DNA from: Thermodesulfobacteriota bacterium
Lineage (GTDB): Bacteria > Desulfobacterota > Desulfarculia > JACQYL01
Length of the DNA stretch: 64,000 bases
NCBI GenBank assembly: GCA_963675595.2
Contig: CAXXLZ010000002.1
Location: 3,360,001 to 3,424,000, forward strand
Direction of reading: 5' to 3'
The notes under the pieces are model-generated. The model ran no database searches, was not told where the DNA came from, and saw only the letters and a list, made by a program, of their open reading frames with translations. The position numbers were made by a program, and so were the translations under genes. This document shows, piece after piece, positions 36,401-45,691 of the stretch (position 1 is the first letter of the stretch; every line of letters begins with the position of its first letter).

Positions 36401-37686
36401 CAGGTGATGACGGTTGAAGAGATTTCGACCCAAATGACCTTACCGGCCTGATTGATGATTCTGAAAGAAAATACATTGTGCGCCTCTCCATCTCGGGAGC
36501 GATCATGCCGATGAGCGATGATCTCACGGTCTTCCGGGTGCACCCAATCCATGAAACCGGTCTTGGCCAAGGGACCCAGATTATTCACGTCCCATCCCAC
36601 CAGTTCGGCCGCCTTTCGATTGGCGAAGCGGAACAGACCGTTCTGGATTACCAGAATCCCTTCGGTGGCGTTGTCGAAAATGATTTGGTACTTGGCCCGG
36701 CTTGCCTGCAATTCATTCTCCGCCCTTTTTCGTTCCGTGACGTCCACACCGGCGGCCCAGGTCTGCAGGCCGGGTATGGGCACCACTTCACCAAGTCGGG
36801 TCCAAGCAACGGTCCTTTTTTCACCTCGTTTGGATCGGCACGGCGATTCCCCGTCGGTAATTTCGCCAACGTCCATCAACGATGCGCACCGGTGGGGAAG
36901 ATCGGCTTCGCCCGGGTGGAGCATCTCTTCCGCCGTGTAGCCGGTCGCTCGTTCGCAGGCCTTGTTCCAGAGCACCAACCTGCCTTCCGGGTCCTGTCCG
37001 ACGATGAGAATGGGCAGGTTATCCACGATGAGTCGAAAACGATTCTCAGTCCGGCGGAGGTTTCGCGCGATCTCCTGTTCCTTGCTCAAAGCTCTTTCCA
37101 GGCCGCGCAGCATGAGCGCGATGGTTACCGTGACCAAAGCGTTGATGACCGTGAAGTTGGCCGTCATCACCAGCCATTTTTCCACGGGGTTCTCCACGAG
37201 GCGCGACCAATCCGGGTGGAAGCGGGCGATGAACCATCCCACCGCCAGCAACGATAGGAAATTCAAGAGGAGAGACCGCAGGCCGGCGCGAAGTCCCATG
37301 AGCAGGCCGGCCATGACCGAGGCGCCGAACAACCAGATGTACCCCGCGCCCTGGTGGCCCAGCAGGAGCAGCAGCCCGATTCCCAGACAGTAGAAAATGG
37401 AGCAGGTGACCCAGGCTCTCACGGTGAGGGGCATTCGCCGCCCGAAAAGAATCGTCAAGGCCCCACCATACACGGCGAAATCCAGAAAAAGGATGTCCCA
37501 GCGCCTTTCCATGACGCTCAAAACGGCCGACGGGATGAGGGCGAACAAACCCACCACCGTGGCGGTGAAAACGATGACGAAGAGAATCCGCTCTCTCCAG
37601 AAAGTGAGCAGGTCGGCCTCCCATACATGCTCGGGAAGGAAACGCCTTTCCAGGGCGGCCCACCAGCGGTTGTCGTCGGCAAACAT
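33460..37686 (-). CDS. Membrane-bound hybrid sensor histidine kinase (about 4 PAS, HisKA, HATPase, 2 REC, Hpt)
   Basis: MSHEIRTPLN, NAIKF, DTGIG, GGTGLG, MDIQMP and AHSIKG motifs; overlaps the RR start by 4 nt. Start uncertain (ORF track 37845). Confidence 0.92.
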   Translation of the reverse strand: MFADDNRWWAALERRFLPEHVWEADLLTFWRERILFVIVFTATVVGLFALIPSAVLSVMERRWDILFLDFAVYGGALTILFGRRMPLTVRAWVTCSIFYCLGIGLLLLLGHQGAGYIWLFGASVMAGLLMGLRAGLRSLLLNFLSLLAVGWFIARFHPDWSRLVENPVEKWLVMTANFTVINALVTVTIALMLRGLERALSKEQEIARNLRRTENRFRLIVDNLPILIVGQDPEGRLVLWNKACERATGYTAEEMLHPGEADLPHRCASLMDVGEITDGESPCRSKRGEKRTVAWTRLGEVVPIPGLQTWAAGVDVTERKRAENELQASRAKYQIIFDNATEGILVIQNGLFRFANRKAAELVGWDVNNLGPLAKTGFMDWVHPEDREIIAHRHDRSRDGEAHNVFSFRIINQAGKVIWVEISSTVITWENQPATLTFMNEITERKEAENLLRESENRFKEMADLLPTIIVEIDLQGNLTYSNQAGFRTFGYTPEDLKNGLHITDVVVPADLPKIMEVFQTVIKNGTPTMGGEYRFSTKDGHEIYCFSQTRPMISQGEIVGARASLMNITDFRHARLSLEASEERYRTILDSIQEGYFEVDTGGTFTFFNKGFRSLLGYSEDELGGMHYRRIMGDDTALEANRAFNEVYETGRPSEAVDWSLMTKSGEVRQVETSLSLIRSFSNRPVGFRGIARDVTQRKQVQEMERRRAAAEAASEAKTEFLARMSHEIRTPLNAVIGMTELAMQEELSSRQGRIFSTINSEAEALMHLVNGILDFSKIEARKLEIEAIPFDLIPLVESIAESMTPEANKKGLELILSPPSQLSLPLIGDPNRLRQVLTNLLGNAIKFTHQGEVLLEVRVFSRRSNQADLVFKVKDTGIGIAKEKLATIFDAFTQADGSTTRHYGGTGLGTTISKKLVELMGGKIGAESRPGEGSTFWFNLRLPRQEKAPEVLLKPCREFKGLKILVLDDNSSCRGVLAETLRSWECEPMEAAGADDALRNQVDSDGGVSAILADLATCLRSGRDLPMELKSRPELKNVPMIALTHVGYPDHGLENRQELINATLTKPVRRDQLYRALCEVLGMAPECTSPDALPEAPTHPESEVDRSQIRVLVVEDYPTNQTIVREHLASVGYRVDLVENGRRAVDAFREHRFDLVLMDIQMPVMDGYEAVALIRGIENEEQGGPALSRNAPQKRTPIVAMTAHAFKGYREKCLRAGMDDYITKPIRRTELLEMVDKWTSTSGSPFRIEVPSLVAEEEPRSQQVDEFVVSPSKRDPADEEPPLDWKRACEEFMGKEDLLLEVIKEFMQDVKNQINRMREALDLGNSAVVAKEAHSIKGGAANLTAGRLAEAAHSLELKAKEGECENLHRFLDDLVEAFEQLRRFISSGDGASGPVLHDAESSRGLQ

Positions 37687-38703
37687 GGATATTCCCGGTG
37701 AATCCCCGAAACTTGTTCGCCCGTCGGCGATCCGGGGTCTAAGGGTATGGATGGATACTTCCCGCTCCCCGAGTTGGGACGATCTGGGGCATCGCCGGTG
37801 GATCGACCGCCGGCACGGTCGGGAAACTAGAAAGCGTCCCGGCATCGCCCCGACAGACTACGGAAATCTTCTTGGGAATGGCGGGAAGTCTTGAAAAACA
37901 ATCGGCGCTTCAAGATAGGAAAAATTGTATTACGGGATAGGAAATCTACAGCGCAAGATCGTATCTTTTCTTTGTTTACAAGATCCATTTCGGATAAACA
38001 AGAAAATTGCTTGAGGCGATGGAAGGAGCGTGAGGGAGGGCGCGGCGGGGAGATTGCCCACTTCAGTGGAATACAAGCCGGATGGAACTGCGAGAGCACC
38101 TTTGTTCAGACAGCGTGGGATAAAGCTTCCATGTCCGTCGCAAATCGACGGCAAAGGACCTATAGACATCAATGCGAGTACACCAATGGAAGCTGCCGAA
38201 AAATCACTCTGGTCGGCAGGTACAGATTCTGCTTGGATCTCATACCGGAATGATCGTACAAGGAAATCGTGAAATTCGTTATTGAACATCATGGAATGAT
38301 GAATTGCGGCGAATCACCAGCCATTGTAGAATAAGATCACGCAATAGGCTTGGAAATCTCTCTGTGCAAGCGCCGATGCGGCCTCCAAGAAAGAGGCGGG
38401 CGGCGCGGGGCCACGTTCGGATGTGTCGACTAAGTCGATCATTTGGATGAGTGCCGGAACCTCCGGTTCGCGGTTAGGAGTCGTCCCGAGTCGGTCTAAG
38501 CAAATCCGCACAGCATGGGCCGTGCAGTTGTTGCGAAGCAGAAGTGAAACGAGAACAAAGATACTCTCCGATTTTGCAGGGCTGAGCAGGATGGTACGGA
38601 CAGCGACGTGGCTATCGCCAGGCGATAGAAGTTATTACAAACTTCCTCAACAGCTGGTATATAGATATAGGTAGTAGGTTCTTTATAAATAGCGTGGTGT
38701 GAC

Positions 38704-40215
38704 ATGGAGCATACGGTAGCGGATATCCTTGAGGAAGATGGACCGATGCTGTCTTCTGATGTGATTCAGAAGCTCGTCGAATCGGGGCTGTCAAGCGATG
38801 CCGCGAGGCAACGGGTGGTTCGATCCAAGCCCGAAGTGCTTCGCCTGGAGAGCCTTGATTTTGCCAATCGTTCAAAATATCTTTTTCTGTCGCGCCATCG
38901 TGGCGAGCCCATCTACTGGGAAACACTGGTCAAAGCAATTGAAGAAACCCCACTATATTCTTGTTCGTTTAATGCCCTTAAGGCAAGGGGTGGCACGATT
39001 CCAAAATGGCTCTTTGAGGTTATTAGTGGTAGCCCTAGTCGTCCCTTGAAAGGTCATAAGCTGAGCCAGAGCGTTCTGAAGCTGCTTCTTCAAGCTGGCG
39101 TAATGATCGAGTATCTCGATCCCGCAATCGAGGAAGCAATCTCACTTAGTAAAGATGTTCAGTTCACCCACGTCAGCCCGGCTGAAATCAGAGCCGATCT
39201 GCTAGCTGAATCAGTCCTCATCCACGGAGTCAAAGAGTGGATTAGGAAAGTTGGAATTGTGAGTTACGAAAAAGTGGATATTCGAGATGCTCATGATCGG
39301 CCCAATTTCGGCCAATTTTCATGGGATATAGTCGCACCCTGCTACGTGTATCCTTTCCAGACCAAGAAACCCGGTGAGTCTGAGGCTAGACCTGGATTCT
39401 TCGTTTGTGACGTCATCTTACAGAAGCAATTAACTCGCTCAGCTATCGAATTCTTTGCAAAGAAATGTGCAGTACTTCGTGCAACAAGTTACACCGTGCC
39501 ATTTATGTCAATGCTCCTGGCCGAAGGGTACAATAAAGAGGCGCTTCAACATGGAAAGAGCAAAGGTATAGTCATTACAACACCTAGGAACCTGCTTGGT
39601 AATGATGTAGCAGATGCTCTTGCTTCACTAATTAATATTCTAACCAGGCATGCAAATAATTCATCTTCTGATTCGATTTATGAGCTATTTTCCAAGCTTA
39701 GTAAGATAGAGGGAGCGGCAAGGAATCTTATAGGGCCATTTTTTGAATTAATAGTAGCGAGAATCATTTCGGTTGAGCATGGTGGCAACACTATAATTGG
39801 AAAGAGAGTAGTTGATCCTGCTAATGGTAAGCTTGTTGATATAGATGTATTGTCGGAATCAAAGGGAAGGGAAGTTAGAGCATATGAGTGCAAAGCGAAG
39901 GAACCTGGTGGTAATGTGTCTATTTGTGAGGTAAGTGATTGGCTTAATAGACAGGTTCCAAGAATTGTATCCTGGATAAACAGTGAAAAAAGATTTTCTG
40001 GTTATGAAAAGTATTTTGAATTATGGACAAGTGGCACATTTAGTTATGATGCTATTGAGTTATTGAGGGAAACAAGGAATAACACAAAAAGATATAATAT
40101 AGATTGGAAAAGTGGAATTGACGTATTGGAATATGCTGATAGGCAACATGAAAGCAGGTTATCGGACGTGTTAAAGGAGCAGTTCATTAAGCATCCGTTG
40201 GTGCCAAAACACTAA
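38704..40215 (+). CDS. Low-GC hypothetical protein with C-terminal PD-(D/E)XK nuclease-like domain
   Basis: FFELIVA...DIDV...YECK motif; HTH-like N-terminus (GLSSDAARQRVVR); clearly AT-richer than its flanks. Confidence 0.75.
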   Translation: MEHTVADILEEDGPMLSSDVIQKLVESGLSSDAARQRVVRSKPEVLRLESLDFANRSKYLFLSRHRGEPIYWETLVKAIEETPLYSCSFNALKARGGTIPKWLFEVISGSPSRPLKGHKLSQSVLKLLLQAGVMIEYLDPAIEEAISLSKDVQFTHVSPAEIRADLLAESVLIHGVKEWIRKVGIVSYEKVDIRDAHDRPNFGQFSWDIVAPCYVYPFQTKKPGESEARPGFFVCDVILQKQLTRSAIEFFAKKCAVLRATSYTVPFMSMLLAEGYNKEALQHGKSKGIVITTPRNLLGNDVADALASLINILTRHANNSSSDSIYELFSKLSKIEGAARNLIGPFFELIVARIISVEHGGNTIIGKRVVDPANGKLVDIDVLSESKGREVRAYECKAKEPGGNVSICEVSDWLNRQVPRIVSWINSEKRFSGYEKYFELWTSGTFSYDAIELLRETRNNTKRYNIDWKSGIDVLEYADRQHESRLSDVLKEQFIKHPLVPKH

Positions 40216-40350
40216 TAATCCTTGTGGTAAAACTATTGATGGTATTGGGATGCGAAGCGAATGCTTAAAGCCATAGAGACAGGGCCGCATCAGAACCGCA
40301 TCTTTCGCTATATTTCTATGCGCCTCCCGCAGGCCGGCGCCCGCCCAACC

Positions 40351-40400
40351 GTTTTGAAAAGGGGTGCGGGGAAAAACTTTTTCAACAGTTTTTCCCCGCA
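40351..40400 (+). repeat. REP-like palindrome
   Basis: Perfect 14-bp stem TGCGGGGAAAAACT / AGTTTTTCCCCGCA between convergent genes. Confidence 0.6.
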
Positions 40401-40417
40401 AATCATTTCCCCGTCTT

Positions 40418-41824
40418 CTATTTCTTCACTAATTCATCGTACAGATGCCGCTGGTCCACGATGCGGCGGGCTTTGAACTGGGTGCGTTCCAGGGTTCCGG
40501 GTTCGGTGAGTTGTACCGAGGCGCGAACGCCCAGGACTTTCTTGAGTTCCGTTTCCAGGGCGTCCTTGTAGGGTGCTTGGGAAGCCGCATCCAGGTCTTT
40601 TCGCGTTTCCACCTGCACGATGAGTTCGTCCATGGTTTTTTCGCGGGTGATGATGATGCGGAATTCTTCTCCACTGTCCGGGTGAGCTCGAATGATGTCT
40701 TCGATGGCGTTGGGGTACACGTTTTCACCGCGGATGGTGAACATGTCGTCTGCGCGTCCGTAGATGCCCTTGGGCAGGCGGGGAAGGGTGCGTCCGCAGG
40801 GGCAGGGCTCGTCGGTCCAGGTGGTGATGTCCCCCGCCCAGAAGCGGATCATGGGTTGAGAAGTGCGCTCCAGGTGCGTGTATACCGTGACGCCCTCGCC
40901 GCCGTAGGGCAAGCGCCGTTTGGTTTCACGGTCCACCACTTCCGTGTACACGATGTCCTGGTGCAGATGCATGCCCCGACGCTCGACGCATTCGCAATTG
41001 GTCATCCAGGGGGTCATCTCGGCGGTGGAGCCCGTATCGATGCACATGGCCCCATAGGCGTCCTCGATGAGTTTCTTGGTGGACGGAATACCGGCTCCGG
41101 GCTCTCCGGAAAAGAACAGCACGCGGAAGTTGAAGTCCTTGGCCGGGTCCACGCCCATGTTCCGGGCGACTTCGGCGATATACAGGGCATAAGACGGCGT
41201 GCCGTAAAAGGCCGTGGGGCGCATTTGCTGAATCCATTCAATGCCCCGTTCCGTCATGCCGGGTACGCCCGCGCCGAAGGGAAAGGCCGTGGCTCCCACC
41301 CGCTCGGTGCCCAAAAGCGCGCCCCAACTGCCCCAGTACAGGCTGAAAAAGGAGCCGATGAACACCATGTCGTCGGGACGCAGACCGAAGCTCCAGCAGC
41401 CGCGAGCCTGGGCCCAGGCCACCCGCTCGAGATCGTCGCGGCTGATGCCGAAAGCCGTGGGGCGGCCCGTGGTTCCGGACGTGCCGTGCACTCGAGCGGC
41501 TTCATTGGGCTTTTTGCATGCATAAGAGCCGAAAGGAGGATGCTCGATCTGATCCGCGCGGATTTCATCCTTGGTCACGAAAGGCACCTGTTCGAAATCC
41601 GCCAAAGAGCGGATGTCTTCCGGACGGACACCCGCCGCGTCCCATTTCTTCCGATAGAACGGCGACTGAGCGTAGGCGTAGGCCATCTGAGCCCGTATCT
41701 TGGGCAGAATCAAGGTCTGTTCCCGCTCTTCGGGGTCCATGGTTTCCGCTCGCCGATCCCAGTACGGATCATCCACGGCGGGCAAATAGTTGCGGTCATA
41801 TTGCGTAGGCCATGAAACGGACAT
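40418..41824 (-). CDS. Phenylacetate-CoA ligase family protein (PaaK-like)
   Basis: GTSGTTGRP, GTPSY, SGEP, GD and GRADDM..IRGENVYP motifs. ATG 41824 follows AGGAG. Confidence 0.88.
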   Translation of the reverse strand: MSVSWPTQYDRNYLPAVDDPYWDRRAETMDPEEREQTLILPKIRAQMAYAYAQSPFYRKKWDAAGVRPEDIRSLADFEQVPFVTKDEIRADQIEHPPFGSYACKKPNEAARVHGTSGTTGRPTAFGISRDDLERVAWAQARGCWSFGLRPDDMVFIGSFFSLYWGSWGALLGTERVGATAFPFGAGVPGMTERGIEWIQQMRPTAFYGTPSYALYIAEVARNMGVDPAKDFNFRVLFFSGEPGAGIPSTKKLIEDAYGAMCIDTGSTAEMTPWMTNCECVERRGMHLHQDIVYTEVVDRETKRRLPYGGEGVTVYTHLERTSQPMIRFWAGDITTWTDEPCPCGRTLPRLPKGIYGRADDMFTIRGENVYPNAIEDIIRAHPDSGEEFRIIITREKTMDELIVQVETRKDLDAASQAPYKDALETELKKVLGVRASVQLTEPGTLERTQFKARRIVDQRHLYDELVKK

Positions 41825-42010
41825 GCTGCACTCCTGATATTGCAAAAAATGTGTGTTGTTCAACTTGGGAAACCCTTTTGGAAAAGGAATCCCCAAACCT
41901 ACCTAAAACTTCTATGAATGAGTCACCGGCCTCCGGCCGACGACCTGAGGGGTATTGCGGGATTTACTGGAAAGTATTCCGTGACGTCCTCTTTTCCAAG
42001 TCCAAGATCT

Positions 42011-42136
42011 TCAGGAAGGTGAAAAACGATGAGATGCAAGGCGCGCGAATCCCGAGAAGTGAGGCGTACCTGCAGTACGCCGCAGTGACGAGGGATGCGG
42101 CGCAACGCAGCAGATCATGTTTTTTCACCTTCCTGA
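42011..42136 (+). repeat. Small palindromic repeat/MITE-like element, copy 2
   Basis: Perfect 16-bp terminal IR TCAGGAAGGTGAAAAA; internal hairpin GGCGTAC-CTGCA-GTACGCC. Confidence 0.7.
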
Positions 42137-43387
42137 GACGATGGTGAAGCCTTCGTCCGCCTTGGTGATCTTCTCCGCTCGGTCCTCCCCGACCAGAAAG
42201 GTGTTTTCAAAGGCGATCACCGCGTCGTCCAGCACCATCTTCAATTCGAGGGCCGCGGTCATGCCGGCCTTCAGCTCCGTTTTGACTCCCGCGGCCAGAA
42301 AGGGCGGTTCGTTGGATTCCAGGCCCACGCCGTGCCCCACGTATTTGAGTTTGCGGTCCCGGGGACCCAGGAGGTAATTCCCATACCCTCCCTTTTCCGC
42401 TTCTTCCAGGGCCAGGAAGTAGATTTCCTCACAGGGCGCGCCGGCCCGCATACGGGAGGCCAGGGTTTCCTCGATCTGCCGGAGCCATTCGTGGGCGCGG
42501 AGGTATCGGGATTCCGGCTCTCCAATGGAAAACATGCGCGACTCGTCCGCCTGATAGCCTTTGCTGTTGGTACTGAAGTCGATCATAATCGGCTCGCCGA
42601 CTCCGATGGGCTTCATGCTCGAGTCGGCCGGCCAGGCCGGGCTCAGGCCCAACCCGGAAGTGACGTTGTCGTGATGGCCCTGCATGGTGCCGTTGATTCC
42701 GCTGATCACCTGCCAGGTGAATTCGACGTTCATGCCTTTGGCCCGAGTGAAAACCTGGCTCCCGGAGGCCAAAGCGGTTGCGGTCACGTGCCCCATGACC
42801 CGGGTTTCCGTAACGCCCGGGCGGAGAACTTCGGGTATGCCTGCGAATACTTGAACGCCCATGTCCGCCGCTTCCCGCATGGCCTGGAGTTCCCATTCCG
42901 ACTTGACCACGCGCAGGTCCCGAAGGATGGGCGTTAAGTCCGCCGCCTTGTTCAATTTCCACTGCGACATGAGGAAAAGGTAGGTGGAGGCGGGCAGTGC
43001 GTCCATCTCCAGTCCGATGCCGTCGGAAATGGAATGACCTTCGGAACGGACGAGGTCGGGCAACTCTTTCAAAGAACGGATAGGTCGCACGTTGGACAGG
43101 GGAGACTCGAAACGGGCGCGACCCAGGTCCTGCTTGACCCAAAGGACGGGCTCCCCGTCTTGAGGCACGAACAGAAAACCGGTCTGCATGGTGCCGGTGA
43201 GGTAGCAAAGTCCCAGATTATGCATGACGAGGGCGGACGGTATCCCGGCGGCCTTTAGCCCTTCCTTGAAGGAATTCAGCCTGCTGCGGATTTCTTCCTC
43301 GGGGGTGAGGGTCTCGATGTAGAACGCGGGCGGATCAAAAGGAAAACTCCGGGGGAAATCGGCTGAGTTGGAAGGGCGGGCCGGCAT
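42125..43387 (-). CDS. Xaa-Pro peptidase (M24) family protein
   Basis: Creatinase-like N-domain, KSEWE, and metal ligands in IDF...YQADESR, GHGVG, ALE, FEN. Confidence 0.88.
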   Translation of the reverse strand: MPARPSNSADFPRSFPFDPPAFYIETLTPEEEIRSRLNSFKEGLKAAGIPSALVMHNLGLCYLTGTMQTGFLFVPQDGEPVLWVKQDLGRARFESPLSNVRPIRSLKELPDLVRSEGHSISDGIGLEMDALPASTYLFLMSQWKLNKAADLTPILRDLRVVKSEWELQAMREAADMGVQVFAGIPEVLRPGVTETRVMGHVTATALASGSQVFTRAKGMNVEFTWQVISGINGTMQGHHDNVTSGLGLSPAWPADSSMKPIGVGEPIMIDFSTNSKGYQADESRMFSIGEPESRYLRAHEWLRQIEETLASRMRAGAPCEEIYFLALEEAEKGGYGNYLLGPRDRKLKYVGHGVGLESNEPPFLAAGVKTELKAGMTAALELKMVLDDAVIAFENTFLVGEDRAEKITKADEGFTIVSGR

Positions 43388-43467
43388 GGTGTCTCCTTAT
43401 CTTTTCGAGGGGCGTATGGGGAGCTGCGGAATACGGGTCGTGGAAGCTTCGCGCCCCGCCGCCATGG

Positions 43468-43947
43468 TCAAAGCCTCCCTTCGCCCGTCCGGTTGCGAAA
43501 TTCCTCCACCTGGTCCGGTTTCACATAAAAACTGTAGAAGTCGGAATCGCACATGAGAGGGTCCGAGAGGGTCGGAAGAAGCAGAAATCGGGTTTCGAAG
43601 ACTTTCCTGGGAATGACGGGGCCGTCGAGTTTGCGCAACCGCCGGAACTGGGTGTAGGTCAGGTCGTACACGTTGCGGTCGTCGTACAACACCACGTGCA
43701 CCTGTTCGCCGTCAGGCCCGTATTCCACGGGCGTGACTCCGGTGCGGCGGACACGGTGTCCCAATTCCCGCAGAACTCCCTGGAGCACGGCCGACGAGCC
43801 GGCGCAGGTCCAGGGCAGGAAATCGTCCGGCAATACCACGCGATGATAAACCGCCAGGGCGATTCGGGCGCGTTCCTCGTAAACGGAGTCGGGGTACGGG
43901 TCCTTGGCGGCTGTAAAGGGCGTTCTTTGGGCGGTGCGTGGTTTCAT
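43468..43947 (-). CDS. Hypothetical protein, possible transglutaminase/papain-like Cys-His-Asp fold
   Basis: TCAGSS..L...L...G, VHVVL and YDLTYTQF pattern. Confidence 0.6.
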   Translation of the reverse strand: MKPRTAQRTPFTAAKDPYPDSVYEERARIALAVYHRVVLPDDFLPWTCAGSSAVLQGVLRELGHRVRRTGVTPVEYGPDGEQVHVVLYDDRNVYDLTYTQFRRLRKLDGPVIPRKVFETRFLLLPTLSDPLMCDSDFYSFYVKPDQVEEFRNRTGEGRL

Positions 43948-44236
43948 GCGTGAGACACCCTGCGATTTCCGGGGGACCTCCGAGTCGTGGATATACTTTC
44001 ACGAAAGGCGGCGTATCCCCAATTCAAGTTTCCGCATTATACCGAAAATGGAGAAGGAGACAAGATTCGAAGACATTGGCCCTCGAGCCGTCTCAGCGGG
44101 CGCGTCGGGAGCGAATCGGCCCTTGACGGGAGCGGAGCCTCCGGGTAGGTGAAACCTTTTTCTTGACAAAGGACCCTCCCGTGAATTGAATGGAGGTTCA
44201 CTCATTTTTCCGTCCTCTTTCTCGACGAGGAGTCTC

Positions 44237-45613
44237 ATGGATCGGATATTCTACCCCAAGAGCATTGTGGTTGTCGGCGTCTCCGAATCCCCGAAGAATT
44301 TGGGTCGAAATATCGTGGAGAATCTTCTGCGGTTCGGTTTTCAAGGGGAACTGAACCTGGTGGGTAAAGATGGAAGCGAACTTCACGGCAAACCCATTTA
44401 CCGAAGCATCGACGACGTGCCCGGAGTGCCCGATTTGGCGGTTCTCCTCATCCCTGCGAAAGCCATCTTGAGCTGTCTGGAGGATTGTGGAAGGAAGGGC
44501 ATCCAGAGGGCGGTGGTTGAATCCGGAGGCTTCAGCGAGTATTCGGACGACGCGGAGAATTTGGAACGAGACATCCGACAAGTCGCCGCCAAGTACGGAC
44601 TGCGGTTCGTGGGTCCCAATTGCATCAGCGTCATGAATCTGGACAACGGGTTGGTGCTGCCTTTCGTACTTATGGAACCTGAAATCACCCGAAAGGGAGG
44701 GGTATCGCTCATTTCCCAGAGCGGCGGCGTCTTGGTGAACTCCGTAAACCTTTTTTCCTGCGAAAATCTGGGGTTCAGCAAATTCGTGAGTATCGGAAAC
44801 AAGCTCAACCTGGACGAGAATGATTTTTTAGAGTACCTGGATGGGGACGAAAACACCCGGATCATCGGCATGTACCTGGAAAGCATTTCCAACGGAAGAC
44901 GTTTGGTCTCCTTGGCGCAAAAGATTCGGAAGCCCGTTGTCGTTCTCAAGTCCAACCGGTTTCCGGCAAGCAACGAGGTCGCCAAGTTCCATACGGCCGC
45001 ACTGGCTCAGGACGACCGCGTCTGTAATGCGGCGTTCAAGCAGGCGGGCATTCATCGGGTCGACACTCTCGCCGATATGATCACGTATACCAAGGTCTTT
45101 CGCATGCCGTTGCCTCAAGGGCCGAATCTTGGAGTCATCGGCCGTTCCGGAGGACAGAACGTGATCTCGGCGGACGCGGTGACTTCCCGGGGATTTCAAA
45201 TGCTCCCCTTTTCCGACGCCACGTTGGAATCGGCGCGCAAACGGTCTCGGGCCGGCGTGATCCGCATGACGAACCCTTTGGATTTGGGCGACATCTTCGA
45301 CCTGGACTTTTATGTGGACGTGCTGGAGTCCGTGCTCAGAGATTCTCGGATGCACGGGGTGTTGCTGCAACACGGGTACGGAGGTCCCGAGGAACGGGAA
45401 ACCACCTACAAAATGATCGAGTCCGTCAAAGAATTGTCTTTTCGTTACCAAAAGCCCGTGATTCTTACCATTATTACGAGCCGTGAAGACTGGTTCGAAC
45501 TGAGAAACGCTTCGGATTTTCCCGTATTTCCCGAGGCGGGCCCCGCACTGGAAGCTCTCGCCGCCGCTCTTCGACACTACCGACGGATCGAGGGTATGGC
45601 GCGCGACAACTGA
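44237..45613 (+). CDS. ADP-forming acyl-CoA synthetase, alpha (CoA-binding) subunit
   Basis: PKSIVVVGVS, SGGFSE, GPNC, SQSG, FHTAALA (phospho-His) and NPLDL motifs. Confidence 0.88.
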   Translation: MDRIFYPKSIVVVGVSESPKNLGRNIVENLLRFGFQGELNLVGKDGSELHGKPIYRSIDDVPGVPDLAVLLIPAKAILSCLEDCGRKGIQRAVVESGGFSEYSDDAENLERDIRQVAAKYGLRFVGPNCISVMNLDNGLVLPFVLMEPEITRKGGVSLISQSGGVLVNSVNLFSCENLGFSKFVSIGNKLNLDENDFLEYLDGDENTRIIGMYLESISNGRRLVSLAQKIRKPVVVLKSNRFPASNEVAKFHTAALAQDDRVCNAAFKQAGIHRVDTLADMITYTKVFRMPLPQGPNLGVIGRSGGQNVISADAVTSRGFQMLPFSDATLESARKRSRAGVIRMTNPLDLGDIFDLDFYVDVLESVLRDSRMHGVLLQHGYGGPEERETTYKMIESVKELSFRYQKPVILTIITSREDWFELRNASDFPVFPEAGPALEALAAALRHYRRIEGMARDN

Positions 45614-45691
45614 AAAAACACCCGGATACGCAGAACCAATTCCGCTTCACGGGCCGAGGAACGGCCCGGAGCACAGAGGAGCCCATGAAAC

